From: Camelus ferus
Taxonomy: Eukaryota
Reading direction: 5' to 3'
DNA: 64,000 nucleotides
Assembly: GCF_009834535.1 (NCBI RefSeq)
Contig: NC_045696.1
Location: 109,866,001 to 109,930,000 of the forward strand
Under the pieces are notes generated by a model. It was not told the DNA's origin, made no database searches, and saw only the letters and a list, made by a program, of their open reading frames with translations. This document shows, one piece after another, positions 25,116 to 37,704 of the stretch. Within the stretch, counting starts at the first letter, position 1. Every line of letters begins with the position of its first letter. Position numbers and translations under genes: made by a program.

Positions 25116-26584
25116 CTCTGCTGGTCCCGCTTGTCCTTCTGGAGCAGTGGTCTCTCTGTCCATTGCCTTGCGCCTGCCCCCCAGCCACCCTCACACGAGA
25201 CTGTAGTACCTGGTGGGCAGGAACAACTTTCTACTCACCCCTTTTGGGGACCCGACATGGTTTTCACACCTAGAACATGCCCAGCATCGTTTATTGAGGG
25301 TCTACAATGTGTCCCGGGCACATGCCAGCGACCACGGAGGAGAAAGGGCTACCAGCAATGGAATTAAATCAAATCTAATGTTTAGGTGGATTGGCTGTCA
25401 TTATTCTAACGATTATAAGGTACTTGACAGTCACCTGGTGTTGTTTAGCTGAGGATGGCTTTTGACAGGCGGCACACACACCTGAACGACCCCAGCCGGA
25501 TGGAGGATTTATGGGGGAGAAGGCTGGATGCCATCCCGTCTTCACCAGAGACCTAAGATCTCCTTACAGGGAATTAAAAAAGAAGCAGATGTCTCAGTGA
25601 AACATCAACACTGACGGAAGAGCTGGCCAGGGGAGGCTGAGCCAAGTCTCTCCTTGAATTTACATGAGAACTGCTTGGCTGCTGAAGCTGCTCTCTTTAG
25701 GGTGCAGGACCAATTCCCAGCCTCGGTCGAAGCTGCCAAAAGAAACAGAGGAGCACGTGGCTTGGTGGACTGGCTGCCCTCTTGGTCATGAGCAAGCTCG
25801 CCCTGCCGATGAAAGGGGCGGGGGAGGCTCTGCAGTGGGGGTTATTCTGAGGGGAAAGGCACATTTGCTTCTGAAAATAATTATCAGAGTCTACTTGACA
25901 GCAGTTTCGTTCTGGTTCGTGGAGACTATCCCGTTCCTGAGAAGGGACGCCTCTGCTTCATCCCTGCCAGGAGGCTACTCTGTTGAATACAAGCCACCCT
26001 ACCTGAATTTCTCAGGGGTTTGGGTTGTTTTGTCTTTGAAGATCTCTCAGTTTAGAAGTAAGGGCCCTATGCCTTTCATGGAAAAGAGCTCCTGTTAAGA
26101 AATATCTAAGACAGCTTTGAGATCAGCAGAATCAGGTGGGCTTCATGTCCACAGCGCCAAGCGCAGGGCCAGGAGCCTGGTCTGTGCTTGGCAAATGGAG
26201 TCTGAATGAGGCAGTGAGTCAAGAGTCCCCGGCAGAAGGTGTGAGGACAAGGCTGCAGTGGTGGGTGGCCCCTGGCATTGATAGACAACTGGTTGTTGAC
26301 CAGTCGTGGGGCTGAAAACACACTACAGAAGATGAGGACCTGGGAATCCTTCTACGATGCATGTGGCTGAGCCGGGTGGTGGGGTCAGAACAGGCAAAGG
26401 ACAGGCCTCCCTCAGTGAGACAGTCTCTTTATTTTCCCTACTCTGATTCCCCACCCCCTTCCCCCAACAGCACCAGCTGGGCTGCACCACACAGAGACAG
26501 GAATCAAATCCTGGCCTCCTGGCTCCTGTAATAACCCTTCCTTCCTGCCTAACAACATCTTTTGGAAAGCTAGCCAGAACCTTC

Positions 26585-27260
26585 ATAAATTAAGCAAAAA
26601 GACAAATGACAAGCTGGGGGGTATATTTGCAACTTACATCAGAGAGAGAGGACTAATTTCTCTAATGTACAAAGAGCCACTACAAGCCAGTAATAAGGAG
26701 TCCGAGACCAAATACAAATGGGCAACAGATACGATGTGATAGTACGTGAGGAAACACATATGGATGAAATCCAGCAAAAAGACGTTCCACCTTCCTTATA
26801 ACATGAGAAGTGCAAATAAAAGGACACTGAAAACCCATTTTTTACGTCTAATGTCGGCAAAGCTCACCAAGTGATCACAAAGGGTTAGAATTCACAGCGC
26901 AGGTGAGGGTGTGGGGAATGGGTGCCCGCAAACATTTCTGATGAGAATGTAAATTGCTGTAACCTTTACAGAGGGAAATTTGGCAATATGTATCAATATT
27001 GCCTGTGCACATAATTTTTGTCCTAGCAATTCCGTATCTATACATTTATCCAACAGATCCATTTCTCTTTTGGGAAATGAGGGACATACAAAGCTAGTGA
27101 CTAGTCTTATCTATAATAGCAAAACATTGGAAGCCACCTAAATATTCATCGGGGGGGCATGGCATACCCATTAGCTGGAACAAGGGTTGGCATCTTTTTC
27201 TAGAAAGGGCCAGACAGTAAATATTTTAGGATTAGCAGACCACATGGTTTCCATCTCCTT
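26585..27260 (+). mobile_element. Old L1 ORF2-end fragment plus partial MER58
   Basis: aaaaagacaaatgacaagctggg...tatttgcaac...tagcaaaacattggaagccacctaaat; caagggttggc...aagggccagacagtaaatattttagg. Confidence 0.65.
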
Positions 27261-27529
27261 GAAAGGAGCTCTCCTGGGTGGCCGTCATGGTACTATCACA
27301 TCAGGCCATCTTGCAGCCTAGAGCCAGTCACCTCAGAGTGGCAGAAATCCATTTAATACAATTTCTACATCTCCTAGAAAACAGACTTTTTTTGGTAAAA
27401 GCAAGCAAAGAAAAGGCATAGACACAGCAGCCTGCATTTGCCCCAACAGGACAAGTTATTGTTTGCAAATATGAATGACAGGGTGACATGCTATCCAAGG
27501 TCTCTAGCCTCTTCATGGGTAGATCTAGA

Positions 27530-27727
27530 CCTATGCTGCCCACTAGCCACGTGTTGCTATTTAAACAAAATTAAATTAAATTAAGTTAAATTGGAAGTTC
27601 AGTTTCTCAGTAGTATTAGGCACATTTCAGACACTCAATAACCACATGCAGCCAAGCTAGCACACTGGACTGCTGCCCAGATTATAGAACGTTCCACCAC
27701 TGCAGAAGTTTCTATAAGAAGGCACTG
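27530..27727. mobile_element. MER3-type hAT-Charlie MITE
   Basis: cactagccacgtgttgctattt...aaattaaattaa...ctcaataaccacatg...cactgcagaagtttcta. Confidence 0.75.
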
Positions 27728-28307
27728 CCTTTGATGAAATTCAGTCTCTGATGTCTCTTCCAGCCCTAAGATTATCAATAACCAGAAACCTCACAATTCA
27801 TCTCTATCTGTTCACCTCTCTTCACTCTTAGCCGTCTCCACAGTCTGTCATCCTGACCATCTGAGGCATGATGGTTACGGCTCAGTTCAAGTTTCTGACC
27901 ACAAATGCCTTAAACTGATCTGAGGCAAGTGCAGACCTACTGTCGGAGCAGGGCAGGTAGTCAGGAAGCAATCTATTTGCTGTGGAGTTACTGGCCCTGA
28001 GGGACTCACCGGCGCCTCCCATCCCCGACACCAGCTCATGCTGGTAATTGAATAAGCCTTTGGTTATCCTACACATCACCCAGCTGCAGTCAACAGGGGA
28101 CAGAGATGCGGCTTCTGGGATTTGTGGGGAGAGCCTCCAATCCCATCAATGGGCAACTGACATGGGGAAGGTCTACCTTTTGAACCCTAAGCAGCTTGAT
28201 TCAGAAACTTTGGGAGCCCTTAGCCTGCAGCCTGGCTCTGTTTCCAGGAGGGTCGTATATTGTAAGGAAAAGATCATAAAAAACTATAATTGTATAATAT
28301 TCTTAAA

Positions 28308-28452
28308 ATTTTTTTTTTTTACTGTTTTGTTTGTTTTTTGGATGGGGAAGCAATTAGGTTTATTTATTTATGTTAACAGAGGTACTGGGGATTGAACTCA
28401 GGACCTCATGCACGCCAAGCCTGCACTCTACCACTCAGCTATACCCTCCCCC
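28308..28452 (-). mobile_element. vic-1-like SINE
   Basis: caattaggtttattt...gaggtactggggattgaactcaggacc...agctataccctccccc; partial TSD taatattctt. Confidence 0.9.
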
Positions 28453-31400
28453 TACTATGTAATATTCTTGAAAGTGTCTTTTTGGCTACCCAGAACATCA
28501 TTTTCCTGTTGATGATAAAGGACCTTTGAAACGGTTGCATCTGTGAAAGAACTTAGTGGAAATAGCCTGGCCACAGAGAAACTAGAAGCTCTCGCCTCTT
28601 TCCCTCCTTTCCTCTCTTCCTTTCTTCCTTCCTTCCTGTAGCAGGAAACACATCTGTAAAATGGGACTAACAATAGTTCCTGCTTTTGAGGCTGTTATGA
28701 AAATTGAATGAGCAGACAGGATGCCAAAGGTCTAGCCGGCACAAATGGATAGCTGTTTTATTTTTGAATTCTGGGACTTCTATCAATGACTGACGGATGA
28801 CTTCAACGCACCCATAAGTTCCACCAAAGTTTTAAGGAAGAAGGGCACTGAGAGATCTTAATCCGACCAAGGTCAGGGTGGAGCATACTTGCACCTAGGA
28901 CTGTCTTTTTTTTGTTTGTGGCTCCCCAGAATGGAAATATCTCAGTGTATGAATCTAGGAAACAGGTGAGTAACAGTGGCCCTTCAGTATTCCCCAAGGT
29001 GGCCTTTTTAAGGTCTATTAGTTGAGACTGGGGAGTGTGTTCCATGGTTCACCAGGAGGTCCGGAGCGTGGTGTGGCATGCCGTCAGAGGTTCCTGAAGC
29101 ATCCCTAAATACCCTGAGTCAGGTAATCACAAAAAACAGGAAAGGAAGGACTAGACTTTAAGACCCTCTGGAAATTCTCCAGACCCACATGATCCCTTAA
29201 CCACTGAATCCTGCAACTTGAGATTCTCCAAAAACCAGACCACTGAGGTCCCCGACATCTATAACATCCTGGCTGGAGAGAACCTAGCGGAGCCTCTTTA
29301 CAGGCTTTTGCTCATTAAGAAACAAGAAAAGTTGGCAGACAAATGGGAGCAGAGGCTGATGGCATCCACCCTCATCCCCTGGGGCCTTAATGTGTTAGTT
29401 CTCCCCGGCTTCCTTCCCATGGTCAGATTCCACACCTCTGCCTGTGGGCTCTCTCAGAAGTAAGTCCTTGAAAGGTCACTCTGCTAGCAGATAGCAGATG
29501 ACTGAGGGGAGATGGTATTATTACCCCAGCTCCCTCGCCTCTCCCCTCTCCCATTATTCTGTGCTGTTCCCCAGACGCCCCCGGGGGTGCTCCAGGCTCC
29601 TACAGACAGAGTGGTTGGATAACGAGTTCTTTGTTGGTTCACATTTCCACTTCCCCCAACTTCCAAACAAACCACCTACACTTCAATATTTGTCTCAGGA
29701 TCAGTTTCTGGGGGAATCTAAATGAAGATATAAATTAGTCACGTCAATTAATGTTCAGTCTCTGCGGGCTAAGAGCTAATTAACTACATGTTTATATTCT
29801 CTCTGTAAAAGGTTTCGAAAGCAGCGTGTGCTGAGCCGTTTCGCATTTATGCTTGGCCGCCAAGAAACCGACAAGGGATGCTGGGGCTGGGCTGGGCAGG
29901 AGTCAGCCCCCAGGGCATGATGGCAGCTGACAAAACTATTTATTGGAGGATTTCTGGCTGTCAGTTCTGATCTCTGCTGATGATCAGAGGAATTCACTCA
30001 TTCTGCAAATATTTTCTCAGCTCTGCCTCTCTGCAAGAGGTCTGGGCAGCATCAGCCAAAATGAAACAAGTACTGTCTGTTTTCTCTGAGATGCAGCTTT
30101 CAGATTACTCTATTAATGAAACACCAATGAATCTGTTCAGAATTAATGTTTGAGTGACTGTTGGGCCGGTGATGATTCTCGGGAGGGTGAGGGGTGAACA
30201 ATAATGACCAGTTTTTTTTTTTCTTTTGCACGCTATGCAGGATTCATTGCTGTTGATTACAATGCCCCTCCCCGATTTCCCAAAGAGATAATAACTATGG
30301 TGCAGTATAGACCCCCAGGAGTGTTGGGACAGAAGAAACTTTGCAAATGGCTGGGCCACTGTGATTTAGCTTTGGGAACAGAGCCAAGGAGAAGTGACAG
30401 CCCAATGCAGAGAAAATGTCCCTGGACTGAGAGCCAGCATAGCTGAACGGTGCTGCCACAACAAGCTGTGTGACCTCAGGACATCAATTGCCCCCTCTGG
30501 GACTCAGTTTGCTCACCTCTAAAATCAGAGAATGGGTTGATGGTCCCTAGGGTCATTAATTATAAATATTTGTAATCCCTTGAGAAGCAATCAGCCCAAA
30601 TCAAATCTCTGGTTGGTTTCACTTTCTCTCTGTGTTGTTCCACCTCTCACTGGTTGTGGCGGCTGCATTTCGTGGAGTTTCTAGTTTGCCATGGAAATTG
30701 TTGTGACCTGGCCCAAGGAACTGAAGATTAGACAGAAAAACTGTTGGAAAGGGGTAGGAGATGGAGAATTGGAGAGTGGAATACGTTTTCTGGGCTGGAG
30801 AACACTGGGGGATCCAGACTTGTAAAGACCGGTGGGGAAATTTCCTGTTGATCCTTGAGGGGAAGAGGTTAAGGGGGTCTGGGAACAGAAAGAATAGAAA
30901 AGGTTCCCCTTTCTAGAAAAGGTTGAGTTTTCTCAACTCGCATGTTCCCAACCTTGGCTGTGTGTTAGACTCATCAGAGAGCTTAAAAACCTTTCCTCCT
31001 TCTGATTGAATTGGTCTTGGGCCTGAGTGTTTTTGAAAGTGTTCTGAAATAATTTTGCTGTGCAGCCAGGATTGAGATGCACTCAGGGGTCACCCAGAGC
31101 TCAGGATCAGCTGTCTTGCCTTCTTTCAAATGCTACCTAATTTTTCCCACTTTCTTCACACCTTCCTGCCTTGTCTGTTCATTTCTTCCACTGCCTCAGA
31201 ATGCCAAAGTCACGAATGGGTGGGAGGCGGACAGGGAAGAACAGACCCGTGCATTCGGTCTTCTGATTAATTCCTTTCTTACTTATGAGGTTTGATAAAA
31301 GGTGCTTTCTCTCCCTGACTACTTAAGAAATTCAGGCTACTTACGAAAAACTGGAGAAATACTCAAAAGCAAGAGAAAACATCTCCACGTGGAATGGGTT

Positions 31401-31600
31401 CCTCATTTACAGACAACCACTGCTCATGTAACACCTTTACATTTTAGTGTTTTCTTTCTGATTTTTAAATTTAAAAAAATTTTTTAGAGAGAACTTTTGT
31501 TTTCAGCTTTATTGAGGTATAACTGAAGTACAATAAACTGCTTTCTGATCTTTTCTTGATGCCTACTTTTTTTGCTTGAATGCTTTACCTAATGTTTATA

Positions 31601-31820
31601 GCAAGGATTGGCAACTGCAGCCCGAGAGCCAAAGCCAGCTCACCTCCCGTTTCTGTAAATAAAGTTTATTGGAACATAGCCGCGCTCACTGGTTACCTTC
31701 TGTCCATGGCAGCTTTCACACCACAGTGGCAGAGCTGAGTACTGCAGCAGAGGCATCTGACCCAGGAAACCTCACTATTTACTATCTTGTCCTTTACGGA
31801 ACAAGTTTGCTGGCCTCTGC
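31601..31820. mobile_element. MER58A hAT-Charlie MITE
   Basis: ggattggcaac...gtaaataaagtttattggaacatagcc...ctttacggaacaagtttgctggcctctg. Confidence 0.82.
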
Positions 31821-31984
31821 CACATGCCAACCTGCACTCTCCCCCCTCCCCATTTCACTTTATTGCAAGAGCATTTCCCATATTGCTGTAAATGCTTCAT
31901 AAATATCATTTCTAATAACTGCCTGATATTTCATTGCATGGTTAGGTGTTGTTTAATCTTTCTCCTATTACTAAACATTTTTCC

Positions 31985-32658
31985 TCAAAAAACTGAAAAC
32001 ATTCTTACCATATGATCCTGCAATCCCACCCCTGGGCACGTATCCAGAGGGAACTCTAATTCGAAAAGATACATGCACCCCAATGTTCATAGCAGTACTA
32101 TTTACAAAAGCTAAGACAAGGAAGCAACCTAAATGTCCATCAACAGATGACTAGATAAAGAAGTTGTGGTATATTTATACAATGGAATACTATCCAGCCA
32201 TAAAAAAGGATAAAATAATGCCATTTGCAGCAACATGGATAGACCTAGAGATTGTCATTGTTAAGTGAAGTAAACCAGAGAGAGAAAGAAAAATACCATA
32301 TCATTCATATGCGGAATCTAAAAAAAGAAAAAAGAGGACACTAATGAACTCATCTACAAAACAGAAACAGACTTGCAGACATAGTAAACAATCTAATGGT
32401 TACTGGGGGAAAGGGAGTGTAAAGGGATAAATTTGAGAGTTTAAGATTTGCAAATGTTAGCCACTATATATAAAAATAGATTAAAAAAAACAAGTTTCTT
32501 CTGTATAGCACAGGGAACTATATTCAATATTTTATAATAACCTTTAATGAAAAAGAATATAAAAACAAATATATGTATGTCTATGCATGACTGGGACATT
32601 GTGCTGTACACCAGAAACTGATACATTATAATTGACTATACTTCAATTAAAAAAAAAG
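31985..32658 (+). mobile_element. Young L1 3' fragment (ORF2 end plus 3' UTR)
   Basis: tgatcctgcaatcccaccc...caatggaatactat...tgtatagcacagggaacta...cttcaattaaaaaaaaa. Confidence 0.92.
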
Positions 32659-33096
32659 ACATTTATCTGTTTTTCCTCCCAATTTTTTCACTCTTCTAAT
32701 AATAAATGCTTCATCGAGTATATTTGGATGTATACTTTACCTGTATTTTCAATTATATCTTTAGGATGGGGTCCAGATCATTCAACTGGTAAGTAGGAAC
32801 ATTTTAAGACTCTTGATACACTTGATCAAATCCCTTCCTCAAAGATGTCACACTACTTTGTGCTCCCCCATAACACAGCAGAGCACCCACTTCTCCACAT
32901 ACTGGCCAACATTATTACCATTTTAAACATTTTCTGATTTGAGACAGATAAAAAGCTATTGTTTTAAATCACGTTTCTTTTCTGTCTGATGAGGCTGAAA
33001 CGGTTGCATTCCTTCTTTTGCAGTTTGGCTGCTATTCATCTTTGCTTGGCTTCCTCCTGCACAGGGCAGAGTGAGGATGCCGGTCCTGCCTCTCAC

Positions 33097-33258
33097 CTTG
33101 GCTTGGAGCAAGGCTCCCGCCTCCACTCTGTTCTTTTCGACATCTCTCTCCCAGTGAATTCTGATCGTCTCAAGGATGTCATCCAGCCCAGTGCCAATGG
33201 GAACATTCATTTGTTCCAGCTCAGATCCTGCCAGCTGTTTGTACAGCATTTTCACATC
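33097..33258 (-). CDS. BFSP2: BFSP2 exon 4
   Basis: cag|GAT GTG...GCC AAG|gtgaga translates [54 protein letters not shown]. Length is 162 nt, phase 0/0. Confidence 0.97.
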
Positions 33259-34290
33259 CTGAAAATGACAACATAAACCTCAAGTGAGTTCCAGAGGAGA
33301 AATTCTAGCCAGCCGAAGCCCAGCTCTGTGGGCAATACTTTGCTTCTTGTTCTGCTGCTGCCAAACATAGGGCTTCACAGAGACATGCAAACGCCCAGGT
33401 GCTCTTCCCAGCGCAGGCGCCATATTCTTTTCCCAGGATGCATTTCCTAGGCTGGTCTTCACAAGCCCAGGCCCACCCAAAGTAAAAATAAAAAGAAATA
33501 AATAACAAAATAACAACACTGAGTGAGCAACAGCAGCAGGATGAACTGTGTGAATGTCATCAAGTCAGAGTAGGTGGAAAGAGATTTAAAGATAACGGTG
33601 GGGTTTTTAAAAGGTTACTGTCAGAGAGTGGTAACAAACCATGGAGCTAAGAATGGGAGGAAGTGGGCTTATTGGTTCCTGCTTAGCTTAAGGTTAGACA
33701 AAAAGAGGAACTTCCCCATGTGAACAGGGTGAAGTGAGTTTTGACTTTTTCAGCTGCAAGCACTTTAGATGGTGGATCAGTGACGGGTGTGAGGTGGTTT
33801 AGGCCCAGTGCAGTTCTGTGGGATGCTGGACCACATCACCCCTGGAGGTCCCCTTCAGTCCTGTCACTCAGGGATCCGACCTAATTTCACTGACAAGTGT
33901 GTACACACCAAAGTCTAGATCTACTTTCAGAGTTATTTTGTTTGTCCTATAGAGTGTTTAAAAAAAAAAAGTCTGGGAAAAAAAAAGTCTGAAATAGAAA
34001 GTCTAGGGGAAGCTCCCACCGATTCAATACCGGTTCCATCACTCACTACTGCTTGGACCAGTTACCTTCTTATCTCCAAAGAACCCATTTAGGTACCAGC
34101 CTGGCCCCTGAAGCTGTCTGAGTTTGAGACTCAGGGTACCCTCACCCACTACAAGGATTTGGAAGGATTTTACTGGCGTGTTGCCTGCAGCTCTGGGCAA
34201 GAGACGCAGGGAGGATGTCGTGGCCTGTGCAGTGAAGCTCAGCCAGAAAGGTGAGCACCTCCCGTCTCGTGGCCACCAGCCCCCACCTAC

Positions 34291-34447
34291 CTCTTCATAG
34301 CTCCTTGACAGAAAGCAAAGTTCTTCTTTCAGGCTTTCTATCTGACTCTCCAGATCCATTTTGGTCGAACTGGCTTCATCGATGACTTTATAGAGAGAGT
34401 TAATTTCCTCTTCCGCTGCCTTCCGGAACGGCTGCTCATTCTCATAC
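34291..34447 (-). CDS. BFSP2: BFSP2 exon 3 (rod domain coil 1B)
   Basis: cag|G TAT GAG...GAA GAG|gtaggt translates [52 protein letters not shown]. Length is 157 nt, and the phase is compatible with exon 2 (AG+G = Arg). Confidence 0.97.
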
Positions 34448-36675
34448 CTGCAGGTAAGGGAACTCAATCAGCAAAGCGGGGCAACCTCAGAGAAAGATAA
34501 TCAGATTTTAAATGTGACCAACAGGCCAATTTGGGGATAGTTAGGCAATGAAAGCTAAAAGTCCCTGTTCCAAGAGGGTGCTGTTCATACAATTGTTACA
34601 TGTTGATTTATTAAAATGAAAGTGATTGCAGCCAGCTTCTGATAACCTGGCTTAACAGGGTGCCAGCCTCGTTCCCCCTAGTGGGAAGCACAGAGCTCTA
34701 GAGAAAGCATCTCCAAGAGTTCTGATCCAGGCAAGGGGACTGGCACTGTCATCATTATTCTGATTTGCCATCCTTTTCACCTGAGAATCGTTTGACGAAC
34801 ATTACTGAGAATCTGCCGAGTCCAAGGCTCCGTGCTGGTGATCCCCAAATGAAGAACGTGATTCTTATCTCCAAAGAGCCCGCGTAAAATTTCAGGACCC
34901 AAGCTGCAAACCCAAATGCCTTCAGGGACCGTGTGGGGAATGCAGAGGAGGGACGAAGTCCAGGCAACAGGGAGAGGTGGGGATGTGCGAAGGACAGTGC
35001 GTGCTTCACCGAAAGGGACTGCTGCTGCCCAGCACCCCACCTCCTCCACCGCTGTGTGGGAAGGGCTGTGAGCATCTCTTCAAGGGAAACCGGAAACCTG
35101 GATTCGAGTGTGAAATATGCGCTAACACAGGCACATGTTCACACGCAGATGCAAGTCTGAAACTGGCCCCTCTGAGTTGTCTCAATCTCTGGTTTGCCCA
35201 GGCCCTTTTCCCTAACAACTACCCAGCATCTTTGCCAGTTTCTCCCAGTGTCCTTCCTTTCCTCCCATGGCCTTCCACTCAGCCACATCTCACCCCTTAC
35301 CTTCATCCATGCACAGAAGGGAGAAATCTCACACCTCCCATTCCAGAAAGCATCTTAAGGTCTTAGAATTTTAAGGGACTAGCATTCAACTATCCAAACT
35401 CCTGCCCGGTGACAATCCCTTGATGGCACTGTTGATAGGTGATCATGTGGTCCCTGCTTCAGTACTTCCAGAGATGGGGACTCATCACCTCCCAAGGCCG
35501 CCATGCCACTTTTTGGACAGCTCTAACTACTGCAAATTTCTTCCTTTGAGACCTTTAGTCTCCACTCCTGTAAGAGTCTGAGTTCCACCAGCTGGAACAC
35601 CCAAAGTCTGTCTAGTCCTTTCTCTGGCCAGTCCTACAAATATTTGGAGACACTCTCATCCCCCTAGCTCCATCCCCTCCACTCCTCCAAGCCTTTTCTT
35701 CCTCAGGTTATGCATTCCCAGTTCCTTCCTCCATTCTTCATATACATTGGTTTCCAGGTAGGCAAAATAATGTATGAATGATCAAATGCAGAAACAAATG
35801 AACTGAATGAATGAGTGAAAGAAATTTCAGGCAGGTCCTACCTTAATTTCACTCCTAAATACATTCTACCTTAAACTTAGTGTGAATGGCTTCATGTCTG
35901 TTGGCACCTGTCTTTAATTGCGCAGGGAGCTGTCAGTGGCTGGATGCTGGCTTCACTTCTCTGTGTACCTGTGACCTTGGCTACCAGTGCTGGGCAGGAC
36001 GGCAACCCCGGCTGGTTGAGAGTCTCCTTGACTCCAGAGTGGCCACTAATGGAGAGTCTTGTAGCAGGTGGAGAAGCTTAGTCTTAGAGAAAGGACATGA
36101 CGAGGGGTCTGGGGAGATGCAGAGATCGCTGTTTCCATCATGATACCCTTCTTAGTCCTAAGAATGGCTGTGGGACCGTGGTCTTCCCCAAAGATTCCCA
36201 ACTGTATGCCTTTCCTCCTCATCTTTGCCGATTTAGGGACTAACAATCCCATCGCCCACCCAGTTGCTCAACCCCCAGGACATCCTTCCCACAAAATATT
36301 CTCAAAATCACTGTGCCCATCCGTAAAAAGGTCTTCATTTTGCTTCTCCATAAGGCTAATGTTTCTCAGACCTCACTCACCTTCATGATTTTGCCCTAAA
36401 TGTGTATCTCCTGTATCATTTACTTTATATTGTTCCTTAAATTCGTCTGCTTAAAGAGTAAATCTTAATCAACCTTAAAAGCTCTTTATATTAAATAAAA
36501 TTTAAATTGTTACTATACATGGTAAAGTTCCATGGGCCATATAATAGAAGGTAACTATAAAAATGAATACATGACTATTAAAAATAAAATGTTTATCTTT
36601 ATACCAGGTAAAATGATCTTCATCAATGGTCTACACATCACACTTTAGGGAAACAAAACATTGTATTAGGCTCCA

Positions 36676-37063
36676 AAGAGGTGGTTCTCAAGGCTAGGTG
36701 GATACTAAGAGAACCTGGTCAGCTTTAAAAATACTGTAGCCTGCCCTCCCCACCTTGCCCTCTTCCCACCCGGGACTCTGGTTTAACTAGTCTGTGGGGG
36801 TTGTGTGCTGGCATTTTTAAGTGCACATGTAATTGTAATATATAGTCCCTACACTGAGATGTATTGCTTTAAACCAGTAGTTTTCAAAGTGTGGTCCTGG
36901 GACCCGTAGGATCAGCATCATTGGGGACTTGTTAGAAACATTAAGTTTTGGGTCCCTCCTGAGACCTGTTGAATCAGAAGCTCTAAGGGTGGGCACAGCA
37001 ATCTGCGCTTTTCTTTCAGCACCTCGGGTGACTCTGATGCACATGAGGTTTTGAGACCCCTGC
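36676..37063. mobile_element. Two MER5-type MITEs
   Basis: gtggttctcaa...ctttaaaaatactg; cagtagttttcaaagtgtggtcc...agacctgttgaatcagaagctct...tttgagacccctg. Confidence 0.7.
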
Positions 37064-37293
37064 TCTAAACCCAGTGACGCTGGCAAGATCTCTGAGGCCC
37101 TGAGACCCAGTTTATGTCTCCAAGGAGGTTTGAGCCAGACCATCTTAGCTCTGGGTTCTCCTAGGACCTCTGTCACTCCCCCCAGCCTTCCATGAGGCTG
37201 GAGGTGAGTGCTGCGGACTCGGGAACCGCATTACCCGAGTGGCCCAGGAGTCTGGAGCGCTGAGGGACAGTCCCCTCTGCTATGGGGTGTTAC

Positions 37294-37376
37294 CTCTCCT
37301 TAAAGTCGTCTGCGCCCGCCTGGATGTTCTCCGTCTGCAGCATGAGCCTCGCATTTTCCAAGACAGCCTCGCCCAC
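37294..37376 (-). CDS. BFSP2: BFSP2 (phakinin/CP49) exon 2
   Basis: Minus strand reads ctag|GTG GGC GAG...AAG GAG AG|gtaaca and translates VGEAVLENARLMLQTENIQAGADDFKE(R), matching mammalian phakinin. Length is 83 nt, with canonical AG/GT. Confidence 0.96.
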
Positions 37377-37704
37377 CTAGAATGACCACACACCAAAGGA
37401 CAAGGTCACTGCAATGCCTTCCCTGCTCCCCCTTGCCCCCAGCGCTGGGCACAGAGGCTCTGGGGAACTGAGAGCACCTTTCTCACGGCAAATATTTCTA
37501 GAATTCAAGTGTCCCTCTCTAATAAAGGGGGAGGAGTTGGACAATAAAGCATAAAATCTGGATATCTTTTAAGAGCTTTTGGGGTTGGATTTTTGGGGCA
37601 AAAAGATTAGCCAAGACAGACTTGCTCATAGCCTGTCACAATGATAAGCTTTCATCCCTCCGGCAAAATTTCTGGCTCTTTAAATGAAGTTTCACTGGCT
37701 TGAT

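Noticed and set aside
34039..34290. Open frame continuing past BFSP2 exon 3 (and similarly past exon 4 to 32956)
   Set aside because: Canonical GT donors sit at the conserved exon ends; the extensions are intron read-through with no filament-like sequence.
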